A DNA stretch of 64,000 bases from a virus. Taxonomy: Duplodnaviria; Caudoviricetes. The DNA is taken from positions 160,001 through 224,000 of the IMG/VR virus record IMGVR_UViG_3300049988_000124; one strand, given 5' to 3'. The notes under the pieces are model-generated. The model did not search any database. It was not told where the DNA came from and worked only from the letters and a program-made list of their open reading frames with translations. The translations under genes were made by a program, and so were the position numbers. Below are positions 62,501 through 64,000 of this stretch, in pieces. Position 1 is the stretch's first letter. Every line of letters begins with the position of its first letter.

Positions 62501-64000
62501 ACATCAAGTACGGCTTCGAGAAGACACTGTTTGGCGACCGTTATAGTAACGGTGAGTTCAAGGAGGGTACCTCACTTCTTGATCAGGCCCGAGATGGTCT
62601 AAAGGGTGCGATCACCAGCTTTGGTGACCAGCTCATGAACCTACCCAAGGATTTGTCTGAGGGTTGGAAGAAGAGCAACGTTCGCGCCGCTGGTAAGGCC
62701 GTTAAGGACGGTGTCATGTGGGCCGGGGGTAAGATCTCGGATGGTGCTGTTGGTACCAAGAACGCTTTTGCCGCAGCGATGAATGCCAAGGACGACATCA
62801 ACAAGCAGCCTGCTTCCATCTCTGCCATGATGGGCTTGGTGAAGGCTTTCCAGGATTTCTCGTGGAAGGACACCAAGAACAGCTTGTCGAATATTGATGC
62901 AGCCTCGGTTGCTAAGTATAGTTCGTGGTTGACACCTACTGGATTCATGACTGGTGTCAGTAACGCCATTTACGGATGGTGGACGCAGTCGGACGATTAC
63001 AATGATCCTGCAAAACCTTTGTACAAATACGTCGATCTAGTTCTGGGGGCCTACGGGATCAAGAACCGCACCCTCTACAAGTACCTTCACTCGATCGAGA
63101 CCTCGCAAGAGAAGATCAACAAGAATCAAGCAAAGCCCTTCGATGATCAGGACATGGCGTTCATGGCTGGTCGTTTCGGGTTTGATTCCAAGAACAGTGA
63201 TGCGGTGAACTACTTCAAGATGTGGTACAAGCGCCGCTTCTTGCCCGCAATGCTCGTTATCGACAAAGCCTTGAAGTCACGTCGTCTCACGTTTGATTCG
63301 ATACTGGCCGCTGATGATAAGCAGGTCCTTGCCCTCAATGATGTCTTGAAGAAGGAGATCGCTGGTGCAGGGCTAGCAGCCATTGGACTGGAGCCTTCAG
63401 TCTCAGCGTATAACAAATACGCCAAGGAAGGGGTAAAGGATCCCGGTGGTCTGAGTCAGTCAGCGCTTAACAAGGATAAACCGTACGATCCTCGTGATCC
63501 AAACAACCGTGTCAATTCAGAGAACGCTAACGGATACAATCCCAGCGCCTCTGGTGGTACCAACGGTGGATCAGGTTCACCTAATTACGACACAGGTGAG
63601 GGTCTATCGGAACCAGAAGCCAAGCGTAAGAAAGCAGCGATGGTGAATGGTAGGATTCCTGATCAGCCAGAGTTCAAAGAAGCGTTTAATGCTCTCCCAG
63701 TTGCGGTAAGAAACAAGGTCAAGAACTCAAAGGCTCTTCAGTTCATCCTCTGGTCTTCAGCTATTCAGCACGGACCTAAGTATGCCGCGTTGATCTTCCA
63801 GCGAGACTATGTTGAGCAGGACGATGAGACCACCTACGTTCGAAAGATCTATCAGGATCGCTCGCAGCAGTATGGAAACCTGTCTGCCGATAATCGTGCC
63901 CAAGCATCTGCATCATTGGGTAGAGAACTTCGGTTTGCTGGTAGCATCATGAATGGTACTGCTGACATGACTCGAAATAATCTCGAGGGAATGGTCAGTA
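59500..64000 (+). CDS. Tape-measure-like giant tail protein (phiKZ gp181-like), truncated by the right edge (>1500 aa)
   Basis: Starts MSEDIQNN at an ATGA overlap. Segments translated by hand near 59.5-60.2, 61.7-62.6 and 63.4-64.0 kb share one frame. Ala/Gly/Lys-rich with a Gly-zipper, and follows the gp180-like gene. Confidence 0.8.
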   Translation, partial: MSEDIQNNVATTSLNTLVDARIRTKAVQDEEYSKGDEGNKIAIKHQPLTDTEATTGRSWALAEIERTIAAEVLPVGRQKIQHFGMAMSRRNDFRLRDLARRLDRQTRMEFPDDVPTPRGAPRPKSGALQQIRDFDVRAHSFRQISTNATLASYQFQRNTVLPYMRKSLALDFQKTSLLKKVVGGISSLEKSVVAKLEAIKMNTGASAPTKVGLFTRLRNAVRDKQIDRVAGNIANRIMDRHSKTWQKHVAPIITKLNGIMKDDGPRGGFNGANRRITSKFNKLRKSLGRVGDEAPDPENPLSGFKQNAAKVGSRVLGGIVGAGQRFKLTPGMNKVVTAPLAMATDFASGLNPFSGGELDKGDIDDLEASIKKGSISGPGTPQITSIIGLLQDWKASAEAGQTQLLQHVSGIREHISSGMLAAPEINPRQKPTAGNVLKPKRVVRAKPKAADKAPTIAPSKTAVPLPVMKTEAAPAAPTPTAGPSRLGALGRKLAYSAVMGASSLSLKYREASQKTSNQFGRRLLNKLTGKDKSKTASTAPGVDKPKTKKRSLFSMLPSLGSLKAKASPLASTVTSIAGQTRDRAVMSATPYIAGAGAIAAGIGTVSKPALSFATAGLEQGQTEMTQIMAQLGGQLANINETIREGNTARTMYEGLQTKRQKLADTITSKLKIRKNSYEDMMANRKAKIGVPISDQLKNTAAALAASVKARWSKDGTTEGGEDSPSLIDQVKDMFLNKEDEDDDKKAAAQDDDETDEWGNKKKKGKNRSRSRFRRGRAGARDRLGRIRNIRSNRGVGGFLKRTVKGTGKLGLGVAKGLGRGSLGALKLGGKGALGALKLGGKGALTFAKSGVGMGAIGALAAGAAGSALEGSDAPDSVKALGGTLTSMASYGSTGAAIGGMFGGIGAVPGAAIGAAVGAIVANADAVSSALSKMSTAGLGAAKGIWSTIFGQNAKYDENGKIIQQEKTSILGDLKTAFFGRDAKYSADGQQIMSARGNILSNIKYGFEKTLFGDRYSNGEFKEGTSLLDQARDGLKGAITSFGDQLMNLPKDLSEGWKKSNVRAAGKAVKDGVMWAGGKISDGAVGTKNAFAAAMNAKDDINKQPASISAMMGLVKAFQDFSWKDTKNSLSNIDAASVAKYSSWLTPTGFMTGVSNAIYGWWTQSDDYNDPAKPLYKYVDLVLGAYGIKNRTLYKYLHSIETSQEKINKNQAKPFDDQDMAFMAGRFGFDSKNSDAVNYFKMWYKRRFLPAMLVIDKALKSRRLTFDSILAADDKQVLALNDVLKKEIAGAGLAAIGLEPSVSAYNKYAKEGVKDPGGLSQSALNKDKPYDPRDPNNRVNSENANGYNPSASGGTNGGSGSPNYDTGEGLSEPEAKRKKAAMVNGRIPDQPEFKEAFNALPVAVRNKVKNSKALQFILWSSAIQHGPKYAALIFQRDYVEQDDETTYVRKIYQDRSQQYGNLSADNRAQASASLGRELRFAGSIMNGTADMTRNNLEGMVS

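Noticed and set aside
59552-63425. ORF-track entries over the last 4.5 kb
   Set aside because: Alternative-frame or antisense fragments of the single tape-measure ORF, which the track omits because it has no stop in the window.
1-64000. CRISPR array or long direct-repeat array
   Set aside because: No regularly spaced DNA repeats seen; repeats are at protein level or are single hairpins.
1-64000. Stop-codon reassignment
   Set aside because: Large core genes are intact under the standard bacterial code, and TAA, TAG and TGA all end genes.

Overview
A 64-kb fragment of a phiKZ-like jumbo phage genome, by eye about 55% GC. Ribosome-binding sites are mostly AGAAAGG/AAGGAA, which hints at an alphaproteobacterial host. 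Core genes: three subunits of the split virion RNA polymerase (beta' C-half at 2.9-4.3 kb, beta at 51.8-56.3 kb, beta' N-half at 56.7-58.5 kb), a divergent family B DNA polymerase, RNase HI, a divergent GroEL-like chaperonin, a head/baseplate structural block (36-51 kb) and a tape-measure-like gene running off the right edge. From 5.4 to 23.2 kb about 45 small genes all lie on the minus strand. They sit behind a repeated TATTAC-N5-TGA promoter-like motif and include an OpgC-like acyltransferase, a metallophosphoesterase, a GNAT protein and many small membrane proteins. Main observations: (1) a candidate programmed -1 frameshift (T TTT TTT, 32826-32832) joining the 555-aa gene near the DNA polymerase to a start-less 175-codon frame, resembling tail-chaperone G/GT; (2) a ~60-aa domain present 8 times in 7 ORFs, plus a separate five-repeat barrel protein; (3) a GroEL homolog with a possible N-terminal membrane anchor, located where phiKZ has chimallin. 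No tRNA, CRISPR array, intron or intein was found. Gene numbers for phiKZ homologs are from recall and synteny, not database searches.
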